Shown here piece by piece: positions 30,928 through 40,839 of a stretch of DNA of 64,000 nucleotides (position 1 is the first letter of the stretch; every line of letters begins with the position of its first letter). This stretch comes from an uncultured Desulfobacteraceae bacterium. Lineage in GTDB: Bacteria; Desulfobacterota; DSM-4660; Desulfatiglandales; B25-G16. The stretch lies in assembly GCA_964611035.1 (NCBI GenBank), contig CAZSWT010000011.1, positions 1,006-65,005 of the forward strand, written 5' to 3'. The notes beneath the pieces are model-generated. The model saw only the letters and a program-made list of their open reading frames with translations. It ran no database searches and had not been told where the DNA came from. A program made the translations under genes and the position numbers.

Positions 30928-32874
30928 ATGTTACAACCAATCCGGATGAAAAAGATACAAATACTTGCTCTCGAAGCATTGAGATATCAGGTAATTAAAA
31001 AACTACAAGCGCTTGGCACTATCCATCTCACTGATTATTCTGAAAAACTCGAAGATCCTACCTGGAAAAACCTGCTAAGACCTCACCCACCATCTACAAA
31101 TATCAGAAAAATAGCGGCTGTTAATATAGCAATAAATCGATTTTTAGATCTTTTTGAACGATATGATCCTCAACAAAAAGAGGGTTTTATAAAAGGGATC
31201 TTTGCACCTATGCCGCCAAAAAGGATTAAAACGAGAGAGGTATACGGCAAAGAGCTCATCAATACTGTTGACGATATAATAGAAAAGATTGAGATAGAGA
31301 CAGAAAAACCAGTTAAAAAATTAGAAAAAATTGAGGAAGAGATTATAGAATCAGAGAGAGTTAAGGGCCTATTGGAAATGATTTTAAACTTAGAGATAGA
31401 TCTAAAAGACGTCGGTGAATCAGACTTTTTGTCAACCTTTTTAGGTATTATTCCAAAGGAAGAGACGGATACTGTACGGGAAAGATTAGAGGAATTGACG
31501 AAAGGTAACTTTTATCTTGGTGTAAGGGAGACATCTGAGAATAAGCTTGTAACACTGTTAATCTGTCTCAAAGAACAAGCATCGCTGGTATTGGCCAATC
31601 TTCGCCGCATAAGCTGGGAAAAGATTGAAATAGTGGGCCAACAAGGAACACCAAACGAGGCAAGAGATTCGATTAATAAAAAAATTTTGGCATTAGTTGA
31701 AGAGAAGACAAAAAAAGAGGCAATGGTTGTTGATATAGCGAAAAGATGGCGAGATGAGCTTGAAAAGTACCGGGAATTTTTAGCGATGGAGCGACAGAGA
31801 GAGGAAAGTCAGAATAAATTTGCTCAAATGGAGCATGTTGTTGCAATTCAGGGTTGGGTCCCAGAAAACTCAGCAGCCCAGGCCGCTAAGGAGATAGGAG
31901 ACGTCAGCAATGGGGCATGCGTGGTCGAGATATCGGATCCTGAAGAGACGGATGATGTGCCAGTGCTATTAAAAAACCCTAAATTTATCAGGAGTTTCGA
32001 GCTATTAACACGTCTTTACGGTATGCCAACCTATAATGGCGTTGATCCAACCCTGCTTTTAGTTCCGGGCTTTCTGCTGTTTTTTTCAATCATGTTAACT
32101 GACGCAATGTATGGGGTAATTGCCCTTGTTTTGGGCCTGTTATTGGTACGAGGGGGAGGGCAATATAATATATTCATTAAGGATGCCGGTGTTATTTTAT
32201 CATCAGCAGGCGTGGCTACTATTATTATTGGCGCCCTTGCCGGGGGATGGTTCGGCGATTTTGGACTCAATGTACCTGCACTAAAAGCTATGCAGGTATT
32301 TGACCCCATGGTCCAGGTAACAACATTCTTGCTGATCGCCCTCATTATCGGTCTGATCCATGTCAATCTAGGTGTAGTGATTAATGTTTGGAGCAGGCTA
32401 AAGAGAAGGCAGGCATGGAAGGCCTTAACTGGCAATCTGTGGTTTTTGTTTGCTCAGCTAGGTATTTTTTTCTATTTAGTAGGCTATAAGTCGGTGGGGT
32501 TAATATTTATAGTTATCTCTCTCGTACTGCTTTTCCTTGGGCATAAGGCCATGGCCATGTTTCAAGTAACTGGATTCATGGGGGATGTTCTTTCTTACGC
32601 CAGGCTTATGGCTTTGGGCTTGTGCACAACAGGAATTGCTATGACAGTTAATGTCCTTTCAAATATGCTTTATGCTGGCAGTTCAATCGGAATCTTTTTT
32701 GCTATCGTTGTGTTTTTTATTGGGCATCTATTCAATTTTGTCATCAATGCAATGGGAGCCTTTGTTCATGGTCTCCGGCTGCATTATGTAGAATTGTTTA
32801 CCAAATTTTTTGAAAGCGGGGGCACTGAGTTTACACCCCTTGAGACAAGGTATGAAGTAGTAGAGATTAAATAA
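30928..32874 (+). CDS. ntpI: V/A-type ATPase subunit I (a-subunit homologue)
   Basis: 648 aa. Soluble N-terminal half plus a multi-TM C-terminal half with LSYARLMALGL (essential Arg helix). Confidence 0.9.
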   Translation: MLQPIRMKKIQILALEALRYQVIKKLQALGTIHLTDYSEKLEDPTWKNLLRPHPPSTNIRKIAAVNIAINRFLDLFERYDPQQKEGFIKGIFAPMPPKRIKTREVYGKELINTVDDIIEKIEIETEKPVKKLEKIEEEIIESERVKGLLEMILNLEIDLKDVGESDFLSTFLGIIPKEETDTVRERLEELTKGNFYLGVRETSENKLVTLLICLKEQASLVLANLRRISWEKIEIVGQQGTPNEARDSINKKILALVEEKTKKEAMVVDIAKRWRDELEKYREFLAMERQREESQNKFAQMEHVVAIQGWVPENSAAQAAKEIGDVSNGACVVEISDPEETDDVPVLLKNPKFIRSFELLTRLYGMPTYNGVDPTLLLVPGFLLFFSIMLTDAMYGVIALVLGLLLVRGGGQYNIFIKDAGVILSSAGVATIIIGALAGGWFGDFGLNVPALKAMQVFDPMVQVTTFLLIALIIGLIHVNLGVVINVWSRLKRRQAWKALTGNLWFLFAQLGIFFYLVGYKSVGLIFIVISLVLLFLGHKAMAMFQVTGFMGDVLSYARLMALGLCTTGIAMTVNVLSNMLYAGSSIGIFFAIVVFFIGHLFNFVINAMGAFVHGLRLHYVELFTKFFESGGTEFTPLETRYEVVEIK

Positions 32875-32889
32875 AAGGGAGGTGTTTGT

Positions 32890-33375
32890 ATGGAATTATC
32901 ATCAGGAATGGTATTGGCAATTATTGGCGCGGCTATCTCTATGGGTGTGGCTGCTATTAGCTCAGGGATAGGAGTCGGGTTGGCTGGTATTGCCGGAGCA
33001 GGCGTTATATCAGAGGATCCAAAAAAGTTTGGACCTGTTTTGGTTCTCCAGGCCCTTCCACAAACGCAGGGAATATATGGTTTTTTAGGGGCCGTTTTGA
33101 TACTCATCGGTGTCGGTGTACTTGGCGGAGAGGTTAAGGCAATCCCTATAGGAATGGGTTATGCTGCGCTTGGAGGGGGAATTGTGATTGGTTTAAGTAG
33201 TGCCACGGCTATTGCCCAAGGAGCTATTGCTGCCAGTGGCATGGGTGCTGTAGCCAAGAGGCCGGAAACGTTCGGGCAGGCAATTGTCCTTGCTGTCATG
33301 GCAGAGACATTTGCTATTTTTGGTCTCCTTATAGCTATCCTGATCTTTGTTGGAACCAAGATTATGGGAGGTTAA
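32890..33375 (+). CDS. ntpK: V/A-type ATPase proteolipid subunit K (duplicated, 4 TM)
   Basis: 161 aa. LQALPQTQGIYGFL, AIAQGAIAASG and AVMAETFAIFGLL closely parallel Enterococcus hirae NtpK. Confidence 0.9.
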   Translation: MELSSGMVLAIIGAAISMGVAAISSGIGVGLAGIAGAGVISEDPKKFGPVLVLQALPQTQGIYGFLGAVLILIGVGVLGGEVKAIPIGMGYAALGGGIVIGLSSATAIAQGAIAASGMGAVAKRPETFGQAIVLAVMAETFAIFGLLIAILIFVGTKIMGG

Positions 33376-33385
33376 GATTAAAGAA

Positions 33386-33483
33386 AAGTGCCTAAAATGA
33401 CTAAAGTTGTAAAGTGCCTAAAGTTAGTGATTTTGAACGAGGCATTCTATCCCACTTTTAACTTTATCTCACTTATTTTAGGT
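33386..33483. repeat. Short dispersed GTGCCTAAA(G) motif cluster / hairpin element between ntpK and ntpE
   Basis: aagtgcctaaaa (33386) and aagtgcctaaagtt (33412), plus an inverted partner cacttattttagg. The same 14-mer occurs at 13273 and, reverse-complemented, at 13307 and 39444. Confidence 0.5.
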
Positions 33484-33496
33484 AAAAAGGAGAATT

Positions 33497-34147
33497 ATGT
33501 CAGATAAAGGGGTTGATAAGATAATATCCCATCTTGAGGCTAAGGCCGAGGAGGAGATATCTGAGACACTTCTTAAGGCTCGAGCAGAGGCAAATGCTAT
33601 TATAAAAGCTGCTCAGGAAAAAGCAGACAGAGAGGCAGAGAGAGTTCTTTCAAACGGGGAAAGGGTTGCCTCTCTCGAAGGGCAAAAAATAATTGCCGAA
33701 GCTCGAATTAATGTGAGACGAAAGAGGATGGATTCCCAGGAAGAAGCAATTGTTGCTTCATTTGAAGCCGCTAAAAAGGCCTTGGAAGAATTGGCTGAAA
33801 AGGGGAAACGAGACAACCTTACATATAAGGATATCATGTTTAACCTGATTGTCTCTGCCTCTGAAATTGTTGCTGGAAACAAGCTTGAGTTGGTTTTTAA
33901 CCAAAGGGATAGCAAAACCTTCAACAAGGAGATGCTGAGAGAAGCACGTGAATCAGTTAAGAAGAGGACAGGAAGAGAGATTTCCCTGTCTTTAACTGGA
34001 GATGCTATCCAGTGCCTCGGGGGTGTAGTGGTGAGGGATTTGGAAAAGCAAGTGGAGGTTGATAATACCCTTGAAACCAAATTAAACCAGCTTAAAGAGA
34101 ATTTAAGGGTAGATGTGGCCAAGATTCTATTTGGGGACAGGATATGA
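33497..34147 (+). CDS. ntpE: V/A-type ATPase subunit E
   Basis: 216 aa. N-terminal long charged helix plus a C-terminal globular domain. Operon position. Confidence 0.85.
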   Translation: MSDKGVDKIISHLEAKAEEEISETLLKARAEANAIIKAAQEKADREAERVLSNGERVASLEGQKIIAEARINVRRKRMDSQEEAIVASFEAAKKALEELAEKGKRDNLTYKDIMFNLIVSASEIVAGNKLELVFNQRDSKTFNKEMLREARESVKKRTGREISLSLTGDAIQCLGGVVVRDLEKQVEVDNTLETKLNQLKENLRVDVAKILFGDRI

Positions 34148-35187
34148 TTGGAGACACCCTTTCATACCTTTATGTTAATGCAAAGATAATGGCAAAAGAG
34201 GGAAAGTTTATTTCCTCATCAAGATGGGAAGATCTATGGGGATGTACATCACCTGGAGAGATAGCCTCTCTTTTAGAGGGAACAGACTATTTTCCTTACC
34301 TATCAGAAGGGGCAGTGAGTGACTCAAAAGAATTGGAGAAAGCTGTTTTAGAAGAATTTTCTTCTTTAGGGAGGGAGATATCCACAATTATTCCAAAAGG
34401 GTCATGGCCAATAAAAGAATATCTCCTTAAGAAGTGGGATGTTATCAATTTGAGAGCTGTTATGAGAGGAATCCATGGAGACGCAAAGAAAAAAGATGAA
34501 ATAGCGGATTCCTTTATTGAGGGAGGCGAACTGGACGTTGCTTTTGTTAAGACCCTCATCGATGCAGAAAGCATGGATGATTTTGTTGCTCTCTTGGCAA
34601 AGACCCCTTATCAATCGCTGATAGATGGACTGAGTAAATATAATGACACTAAGAATCTCTTTTTTTTAGAGGCCTTATTGGATAGAATTTTCTGGGAGGA
34701 TATATGGTTAAAGGTTTTAAAGATAAAAGGAATTAAAGAATTCAGAGAGTTTATAGTGGTATGTGTCGAAACACACAACCTTAAAATTATTTTGAGGGCG
34801 AAAAATGACGGACTTTTATTAGAAGATATTAATCCTTTTTTAATCCCTGATTGCACAGCCCTGATTGCATTGCTTTCTGCTTTTGACGAAGAGGATTTGT
34901 CAGACTTCATTCCTCTTCTGGAAGACACAATATATTTTGAACCCCTATTAAGCGCTCAGCAAGAGTATGAGAAAACTGGCTCTATTTTAGTTTTTGAGCA
35001 GGCGCTCGATAATCTGGTGCTCAAAAAGGCAGAAGATATTAGAAAGAAAAAGCCTTTTGGTTCAGGACCCCTCGTCGGGTTTCTTGTATCAAAGGATGCA
35101 GAGGTAAAAAATCTTTTGACTATTGTGAGGAGTACCGAGGTTGATCTGGATAGGAATGAAATCAGAGAAGCACTTGCGAGGAAATGA
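34144..35187 (+). CDS. ntpC: V/A-type ATPase subunit C (V0 d-like)
   Basis: 347 aa helical protein. Overlapping stop/start codons with its neighbours. Operon position. Confidence 0.8.
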   Translation: MIGDTLSYLYVNAKIMAKEGKFISSSRWEDLWGCTSPGEIASLLEGTDYFPYLSEGAVSDSKELEKAVLEEFSSLGREISTIIPKGSWPIKEYLLKKWDVINLRAVMRGIHGDAKKKDEIADSFIEGGELDVAFVKTLIDAESMDDFVALLAKTPYQSLIDGLSKYNDTKNLFFLEALLDRIFWEDIWLKVLKIKGIKEFREFIVVCVETHNLKIILRAKNDGLLLEDINPFLIPDCTALIALLSAFDEEDLSDFIPLLEDTIYFEPLLSAQQEYEKTGSILVFEQALDNLVLKKAEDIRKKKPFGSGPLVGFLVSKDAEVKNLLTIVRSTEVDLDRNEIREALARK

Positions 35188-35510
35188 TGGAAATTGCACT
35201 GATCGGAGATAAGCACACAATTTATGGTTTCAGACTGGCAGGCATAAAAAAAACATTCTTGATTGAGGATAGTAGGCAGGAAGATATTAGAGGGATACTG
35301 AAGGGTCTATTTGAGGATAGCACCGCCTTGATATTAATTACTGAAAAGATAGCTGCAGAAATAAGGGGTTTATTAGAAGAGGCGAATAGATTTAGGAAAG
35401 GTATAATGCCTATAATTTTACAGATTCCGGATAGTGGAGGCCCCTTGATCTCTAAGGCTGATCCTATGCGGGAGCTTATTAAAAGAACTGTTGGATTTGA
35501 AATAGAATAG
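35184..35510 (+). CDS. ntpF: V/A-type ATPase subunit F
   Basis: 108 aa. [18 protein letters not shown] is typical of subunit F. Confidence 0.85.
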   Translation: MMEIALIGDKHTIYGFRLAGIKKTFLIEDSRQEDIRGILKGLFEDSTALILITEKIAAEIRGLLEEANRFRKGIMPIILQIPDSGGPLISKADPMRELIKRTVGFEIE

Positions 35511-35520
35511 CGAGGAAATT

Positions 35521-37290
35521 ATGGCAGATCAGAAGACAGGAAAGATCAAAAGCATTGCTGGCCCACTCGTAATCGCCAAAGATATACGAGGTTGCGAGAT
35601 GTATGAGGTTGTGAGGGTTGGCCAGGAAGGTCTCATGGGAGAGACGATAAAGCTCGTAGGGGATTTGGCGTATGTACAGGTTTATGAGGATACCACCGGG
35701 CTCAAACCAGGAGAAGAGGTTGTGAGAACTGGCGCCCCTGTCTCAGTGGAGCTTGGTCCGGGAATTATTACAAATTTCTATGATGGGATACAACGGCCTC
35801 TGGTTGGAATTAAAGACCAGGCAGGGGATTATATAACGAGAGGGGTTAACATTCCCAGCCTGGATCCTGAAAAAAAATGGGACTTCAACCCACTGGTTAA
35901 AAAGGGTGACGAGCTTGTTGAAGGGGATTACGTTGGGGAGGTTCAGGAATCCAAGGTTATACTACACAAGGTAATGGTCCCACCAGGGATAAAAGGGAAG
36001 GTGGTGGAGATTAAAAGCGGGAGTTTTACCGTTAATGACATTATTGCTATTCTTGATGAGAATGGAAAAAAGCATGAATTAATGATGAAACAAAAGTGGC
36101 CGGTAAGGATAGGAAGGCCCTTAAAAGAAAAACTTGATCCCGAGGTACCATTGTTAACTGGCCAGAGGATTTATGATACCTTTTTTCCTATCGCCAAAGG
36201 TGGCACAGCAGCAATTCCCGGGGGCTTTGGAACCGGTAAAACGGTTAGTCAACATCAGCTGGCAAAATGGGCTGATTCCCAGGTTGTAGTGTATGTCGGC
36301 TGTGGAGAAAGAGGGAATGAAATGACAGAGGTGTTGGTGACCTTCCCAGAATTGGATGATCCAAACACCGGTGAGAAATTAATGGAAAGATCCACCTTAA
36401 TCGCCAATACCTCAAATATGCCAGTGGCAGCCAGAGAGGCATCTATCTATACAGGGGTTACAATTGCTGAGTATTATAGGGATATGGGATATGATGTGGC
36501 CCTGATGGCTGACTCATCCTCACGATGGGCTGAGGCGCTGAGAGAGATTTCAGGAAGGCTGGAGGAGATGCCAGGCGAAGAGGGTTTTCCAGCCTATCTG
36601 GGTACAAGGCTTGCTGATTTCTATGAAAGGGCAGGCAGGGTAGTGACATTGGGGAAGGAAAAGAGACTTGGATCGGTTTCAATTATTGGTGCTGTATCTC
36701 CACCAGGAGGTGATTTCTCCGAACCGGTTTCGCAAAATACCTTGAGGGTAGTAAGTGCCTTCTGGGCATTAGACACAAACCTTGCAGACAGAAGACATTT
36801 TCCTGCCATCAATTGGTTGACGAGTTATTCACTCTATCTGGACTTTGTAAAGGACTGGTATGATAAAAATGTAGGCAAGGAATTCCAAATTCTTAGGGGA
36901 AACATGATGGCTCTCCTTGAGAAAGAGTCCGAGTTGCAGGAGATTGTCCAGTTGGTTGGTCAGGATGCGTTACCAGAATCAGATAGAGCCTTCTTAGAGG
37001 TAGCAAGGATGATCAGAGAAGACTATCTTCAACAACATGCATACCACGAAATAGATTCGTATTGCTCTAAAGAGAAGCAGTTTCTCATGCTTAAGATCAT
37101 TATGAAATTCTACCAGGAGGTGAATAAGGCAATTGAGGCAGGTATTATGGCGAGCAGAATAGCTGCCGTAAAGGTTAAGGATGAGATAGCTCGAATGAAG
37201 TACACGCCAAACCCGGATTTTCCACAGAGATATGAGGAGTTAATAAAGGCCATTGAAACTGAATTTGAATCTTTGAGGAATCAACAATGA
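35521..37290 (+). CDS. ntpA: V/A-type ATPase catalytic subunit A
   Basis: 589 aa. Walker A GGFGTGKT, the non-homologous insert region, and [15 protein letters not shown]. Confidence 0.97.
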   Translation: MADQKTGKIKSIAGPLVIAKDIRGCEMYEVVRVGQEGLMGETIKLVGDLAYVQVYEDTTGLKPGEEVVRTGAPVSVELGPGIITNFYDGIQRPLVGIKDQAGDYITRGVNIPSLDPEKKWDFNPLVKKGDELVEGDYVGEVQESKVILHKVMVPPGIKGKVVEIKSGSFTVNDIIAILDENGKKHELMMKQKWPVRIGRPLKEKLDPEVPLLTGQRIYDTFFPIAKGGTAAIPGGFGTGKTVSQHQLAKWADSQVVVYVGCGERGNEMTEVLVTFPELDDPNTGEKLMERSTLIANTSNMPVAAREASIYTGVTIAEYYRDMGYDVALMADSSSRWAEALREISGRLEEMPGEEGFPAYLGTRLADFYERAGRVVTLGKEKRLGSVSIIGAVSPPGGDFSEPVSQNTLRVVSAFWALDTNLADRRHFPAINWLTSYSLYLDFVKDWYDKNVGKEFQILRGNMMALLEKESELQEIVQLVGQDALPESDRAFLEVARMIREDYLQQHAYHEIDSYCSKEKQFLMLKIIMKFYQEVNKAIEAGIMASRIAAVKVKDEIARMKYTPNPDFPQRYEELIKAIETEFESLRNQQ

Positions 37291-38687
37291 AAGAGAAAAT
37301 TAAGGATATAAAATCGAGGGAGTACAGGTCTGTTACACAGGTTGCAGGCCCCCTTATGATTGTCGAAGGTGTTGAAGAGGTGGCCTTTGGAGAGGTTGTG
37401 TATATCAAGACACCCGAGGGGGATAGTAGAATGGGTCAAGTCCTGGAGTCACAGGAGAATTTGGCCATCGTTCAGGTATTTGAAGGCACAAGAGGGCTTG
37501 ATACAGATCAGACAAGGGTCAGGTTTTCCGGGGACATCATGAGGATAGCCCTGTCCAAGGAGATTCTTGGAAGGTCCTTTGACGGTTTGGGCAGACCGAT
37601 TGATGGTGGACCAGAGATCATTCCAGAGGCTCGATTGCCAATTACCGGTGCGGCCATAAACCCAACAGCGAGAGCATACCCGAATGAATTTATCCAAACC
37701 GGTATTTCCACCATTGATGGAATGAATACATTAGTGAGGGGACAAAAACTTCCGATATTTTCAGGTGCTGGATTACCCCATAATGCGCTTGCTGCACAGA
37801 TAGCAAGACAGGCTACCGTTTTGGGTTCAGAGGAACCATTCTCTGTAATCTTTGCTGCTATGGGGATAACCCATGAAGAGGCAAATTTTTTCATGAATAG
37901 CTTTGAATCCACTGGGGCATTGGAGAGGATAGTCTCTTTTATCAATTTGGCCGATGACCCGGCCATCGAGAGGATTATTACACCAAGAATGGCCCTTACC
38001 GCTGCGGAGTTTTTGGCCTTTAATTACGACACTCATGTGTTGGTTATTCTCACTGATATGACCAATTACTGTGAAGCCCTGAGGGAAATTTCATCAGCGC
38101 GAGAGGAGGTTCCTGGAAGAAGAGGCTATCCGGGTTATATGTATACCGATTTAGCAAGTCATTATGAGAGGGCAGGAAGAATCATAGGAAAGAAAGGCTC
38201 TATCACACAGATGCCAATACTCTCTATGCCAGATGATGATATAACGCATCCGGTACCTGACCTTACAGGGTATATAACCGAGGGACAATTTGTCCTCTCG
38301 CGCGAATTACACAGAAAAGGAATCTACCCTCCCGTAGATGTTCTCCCTAGCCTCTCGAGGCTCATGAATGAAGGGATTGGGGAAGGCAGGACACGGGCGG
38401 ATCATTTAGGGGTGTCTGACCAATGTTATTCTGGCTATGCTGAAGGAAGGGACGTGAGGAGTCTCGTTGCAGTTGTAGGAGAGGAGGCATTGAGCGAAAG
38501 GGATCTCCTCAATTTAAAATTTGCAGATATTTTTGAAGAGAGGTTTGTCAAACAGGGAGTGGATGAAAATAGAACTATTGAGCAAACACTTAATTTAGGG
38601 TGGGAACTTCTCTCAACACTTCCAGAGGGGGAGCTGAAAAGAATAGACGAGAAATACGTGAAACAATATTATAAGAAAGGGTCTTAA
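37287..38687 (+). CDS. ntpB: V/A-type ATPase subunit B
   Basis: 466 aa. Typical B-subunit blocks ([34 protein letters not shown]). Confidence 0.97.
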   Translation: MKEKIKDIKSREYRSVTQVAGPLMIVEGVEEVAFGEVVYIKTPEGDSRMGQVLESQENLAIVQVFEGTRGLDTDQTRVRFSGDIMRIALSKEILGRSFDGLGRPIDGGPEIIPEARLPITGAAINPTARAYPNEFIQTGISTIDGMNTLVRGQKLPIFSGAGLPHNALAAQIARQATVLGSEEPFSVIFAAMGITHEEANFFMNSFESTGALERIVSFINLADDPAIERIITPRMALTAAEFLAFNYDTHVLVILTDMTNYCEALREISSAREEVPGRRGYPGYMYTDLASHYERAGRIIGKKGSITQMPILSMPDDDITHPVPDLTGYITEGQFVLSRELHRKGIYPPVDVLPSLSRLMNEGIGEGRTRADHLGVSDQCYSGYAEGRDVRSLVAVVGEEALSERDLLNLKFADIFEERFVKQGVDENRTIEQTLNLGWELLSTLPEGELKRIDEKYVKQYYKKGS

Positions 38688-38749
38688 AAGAGAAAAATTT
38701 TCAATCTTCAATCTTCAATTATCAATAACTAATAACAAGTAACAAGCAC

Positions 38750-39406
38750 ATGGCAGAGATTCTACAAAATGTTAAGCCCACAAGGATGGAATTATTAAAG
38801 CTCAGAAGGAGGGTAAAGCTGGCTGATAAAGGGCACAGGCTTTTGAAGGAAAAGAGAGATGCATTGATTTCTGAGTTCATGGTAGTAATTAAGAAATATA
38901 AGGACGCAAGAAACAGGGCAGAAGAAAACCTAAAGGTCGCTTTTTATAATCTTTTAATGGCTGAAGTTTTGTTAGGGTCGCGGGATTTAGAACAGATTAG
39001 CGGGATAACGCTTAGAGATATAAACTTAGATTTTATGACTAAAAATATAATGGGTGTCTCAGTCCCCATTATGAGAGTCGATAATGTAATTCGGCGCGTA
39101 AATGAAAGAGGCTATGGTTTTTTAAGTACGAATGCGAAACTTGATGATGCCGCCAAAAATTTTGAGGAGTCAATTTTATCAATTGTGAAACTGGCCGAGG
39201 TAGAAGAATCTGTCAGGAGAATTGCCGAGGAGGTAGAAAAGACAAAAAGAAGGGTTAACGCATTAGAATATATTGTTATCCCCAGGCTAAAGGCAACGAT
39301 TAAGCATATAGAAATGAGAATGGAAGAAATAGAAAGAGAAAGCTTCTTAAGGTTAAAGAAGATCAAGGCCTCTCTCGAAGCAAGAAAAAAGGTAACCAGG
39401 GTTTGA
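38750..39406 (+). CDS. ntpD: V/A-type ATPase central-stalk subunit D
   Basis: 218 aa. VKPTRMELLKLRRRVKLADKGHRLLKEKRDAL is canonical subunit D. Confidence 0.93.
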   Translation: MAEILQNVKPTRMELLKLRRRVKLADKGHRLLKEKRDALISEFMVVIKKYKDARNRAEENLKVAFYNLLMAEVLLGSRDLEQISGITLRDINLDFMTKNIMGVSVPIMRVDNVIRRVNERGYGFLSTNAKLDDAAKNFEESILSIVKLAEVEESVRRIAEEVEKTKRRVNALEYIVIPRLKATIKHIEMRMEEIERESFLRLKKIKASLEARKKVTRV

Positions 39407-39813
39407 AAATCTTTCATTATCACCAACGATTCCTTAACGAAACAACTTTAGGCACTTAAACATCAACAAAATACTCAATAACTGGTAATAAAGATACAAC
39501 AGACTACTGACAACCAACTACTGACGCTATATTGCACGCAATATGACTACTGGGCTAACGAAAAGAAAAAGACCATATGAAATGAATAAGAATACCAAGG
39601 TTACGTTGTTTTACCTTTTTTTCATTGCCCAGATCTGTGCCTTGTTTGGTTTGGTCGTCGGAATCCTTTTTTTTATTTTACGATTTCTTGGAATTATTTA
39701 AGAAATAACCTCTCCTGTTTCCTCAACCCTCCCTTTACATACCTATTTTCTTATCGCTTGACTTTTTTTACAAACAAGATATACTAAAAAGGTCAAAAAA
39801 TTGATGAGTCTCT

Positions 39814-40047
39814 ATGGGATTAGACAAATTAAATCAATTTGGCCTATTGGAAGAGAAGATTGAATCGCTCATTTCACTGGTGGGCTCTCTTAATAAGGAA
39901 AAGGATAACTTAGAAAGGAATATACATGGCCAGGAGAAGAAGATTGGCTCGCTTACTAAGGAGATAGAAACGGTAGAGATTGATAGAGACGTAATACGAA
40001 AAAGAATAGCAACTCTTTTAGAAAAGATAAACGAATTTACTGTATAG
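39814..40047 (+). CDS. Small coiled-coil protein, ZapB-like
   Basis: 77-aa heptad-rich protein immediately upstream of zapA. Confidence 0.55.
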   Translation: MGLDKLNQFGLLEEKIESLISLVGSLNKEKDNLERNIHGQEKKIGSLTKEIETVEIDRDVIRKRIATLLEKINEFTV

Positions 40048-40065
40048 ACTTAATAGATATGTACT

Positions 40066-40347
40066 ATGGACGATAAGGTTACAATTAGAATAAAGGATAC
40101 AGAGTATGCTATAAGAGGCTCTGATGATAGGGAACAGATATTGAAGGCGGCAGAGTACGTGGACAAAAAGCTGAGAGAGATAAATAAGTTTAAAAAGGAA
40201 TTATCTGAAGACAAGAAGGCTATTTTAACTGCTCTTGATATAGCAGGAGATTATTTTCAGCTTATAAAAGAAAAGGAGGTTCTATTAGCCGAAATCAATA
40301 ATAGATCCAAAAGATTATTAGAACGTTTGGATTTAGCATTAAACTAA
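40066..40347 (+). CDS. zapA: Cell division protein ZapA
   Basis: 93 aa. VTIRIKDTEYAIRGSDDREQILKAAEYVDKKL resembles the ZapA fold pattern. Confidence 0.8.
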   Translation: MDDKVTIRIKDTEYAIRGSDDREQILKAAEYVDKKLREINKFKKELSEDKKAILTALDIAGDYFQLIKEKEVLLAEINNRSKRLLERLDLALN

Positions 40348-40350
40348 ATT

Positions 40351-40533
40351 ATTCCCCTGCTATGTTCGTGATTGGCGGAAGATTTTTGAGCTAACACTAA
40401 TGTAAAAGGGAATTCCCGCTTGCCCTTGTGTGTTTTTTTGATGGTAAAAAAGACCTAACGGGGTAACGGAATGCCCACCTGCGTGAGCTTAGGTTCAAAA
40501 AGAACTGCCGACACGGCATTGCAGCGGGGGAAA
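40351..40533 (+). ncRNA. ssrS: Putative 6S RNA
   Basis: About 183 nt directly downstream of zapA. The 5' end (ttcccctgctatgttcgtgattggcgg) pairs with the 3' end (ctgccgacacggcattgcagcgggggaa), with bulges. An inner stem tttttgagctaa / ttaggttcaaaaa flanks a central region. Boundaries are approximate. Confidence 0.6.
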
Positions 40534-40535
40534 AT

Positions 40536-40796
40536 AAAAAGAGTGGATTGATAGATTTAGGGCTGAGGAATGAATTGTTGCTTAACTTTATAATAGAATA
40601 GATAAAGATATTATAATCGTTGGGAAAAATTGAGTGAAAATAAATTTGGATACACAAGAAATAAATCTTATATAGGATACTTGATTCGCAAATTTCTCTA
40701 TTTTTTAAGAATACCATTTAGCGCTTTGTGTTAGTAAGTTTTGCCTAGCATCCATTATCTATCATTCCGCTAAACCTCTATCAACCCTCTCTTTTT
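40536..40796. repeat. Inverted-repeat-bounded element between the 6S RNA and rny
   Basis: 28-bp imperfect inverted repeats: aaaaagagtggattgatagatttagggc (40536-40563) and gctaaacctctatcaaccctctcttttt (40769-40796). AT-rich interior. No clear target duplication. Confidence 0.45.
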
Positions 40797-40839
40797 GCCT
40801 AAAGAAAAATCTTAATAAATAAAAGGCGGTGATGAATAT

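Noticed and set aside
33613-34122. Long antisense ORFs inside well-supported genes. Examples: 33613..34122 opposite ntpE, 37508..37966 opposite ntpB, 32031..32435 opposite ntpI, 25000..25434 opposite mreB, 41040..41432 opposite rny, and 20589..20981 opposite jag.
   Set aside because: Their translations are low-complexity (S/L/F/I-rich mirror images of E/K/A-rich coding strands). They lack ribosome-binding sites and lie entirely within genes that have strong family signatures on the other strand.
38688-38749. Short tandem strings caatcttcaatcttcaat and aataactaataacaagtaacaag between ntpB and ntpD.
   Set aside because: Only 2-3 imperfect units are present, which is low-complexity AT-rich spacer. 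There is no evidence of function beyond separating the cistrons.
40397-40717. 106-aa minus-strand ORF in the zapA-rny spacer.
   Set aside because: It overlaps the putative 6S RNA and an AT-rich inverted-repeat element. The composition looks non-coding and there is no RBS. ORFs at 50431..50649 and 61197..61418 are rejected for the same reason, because they run through repeats.
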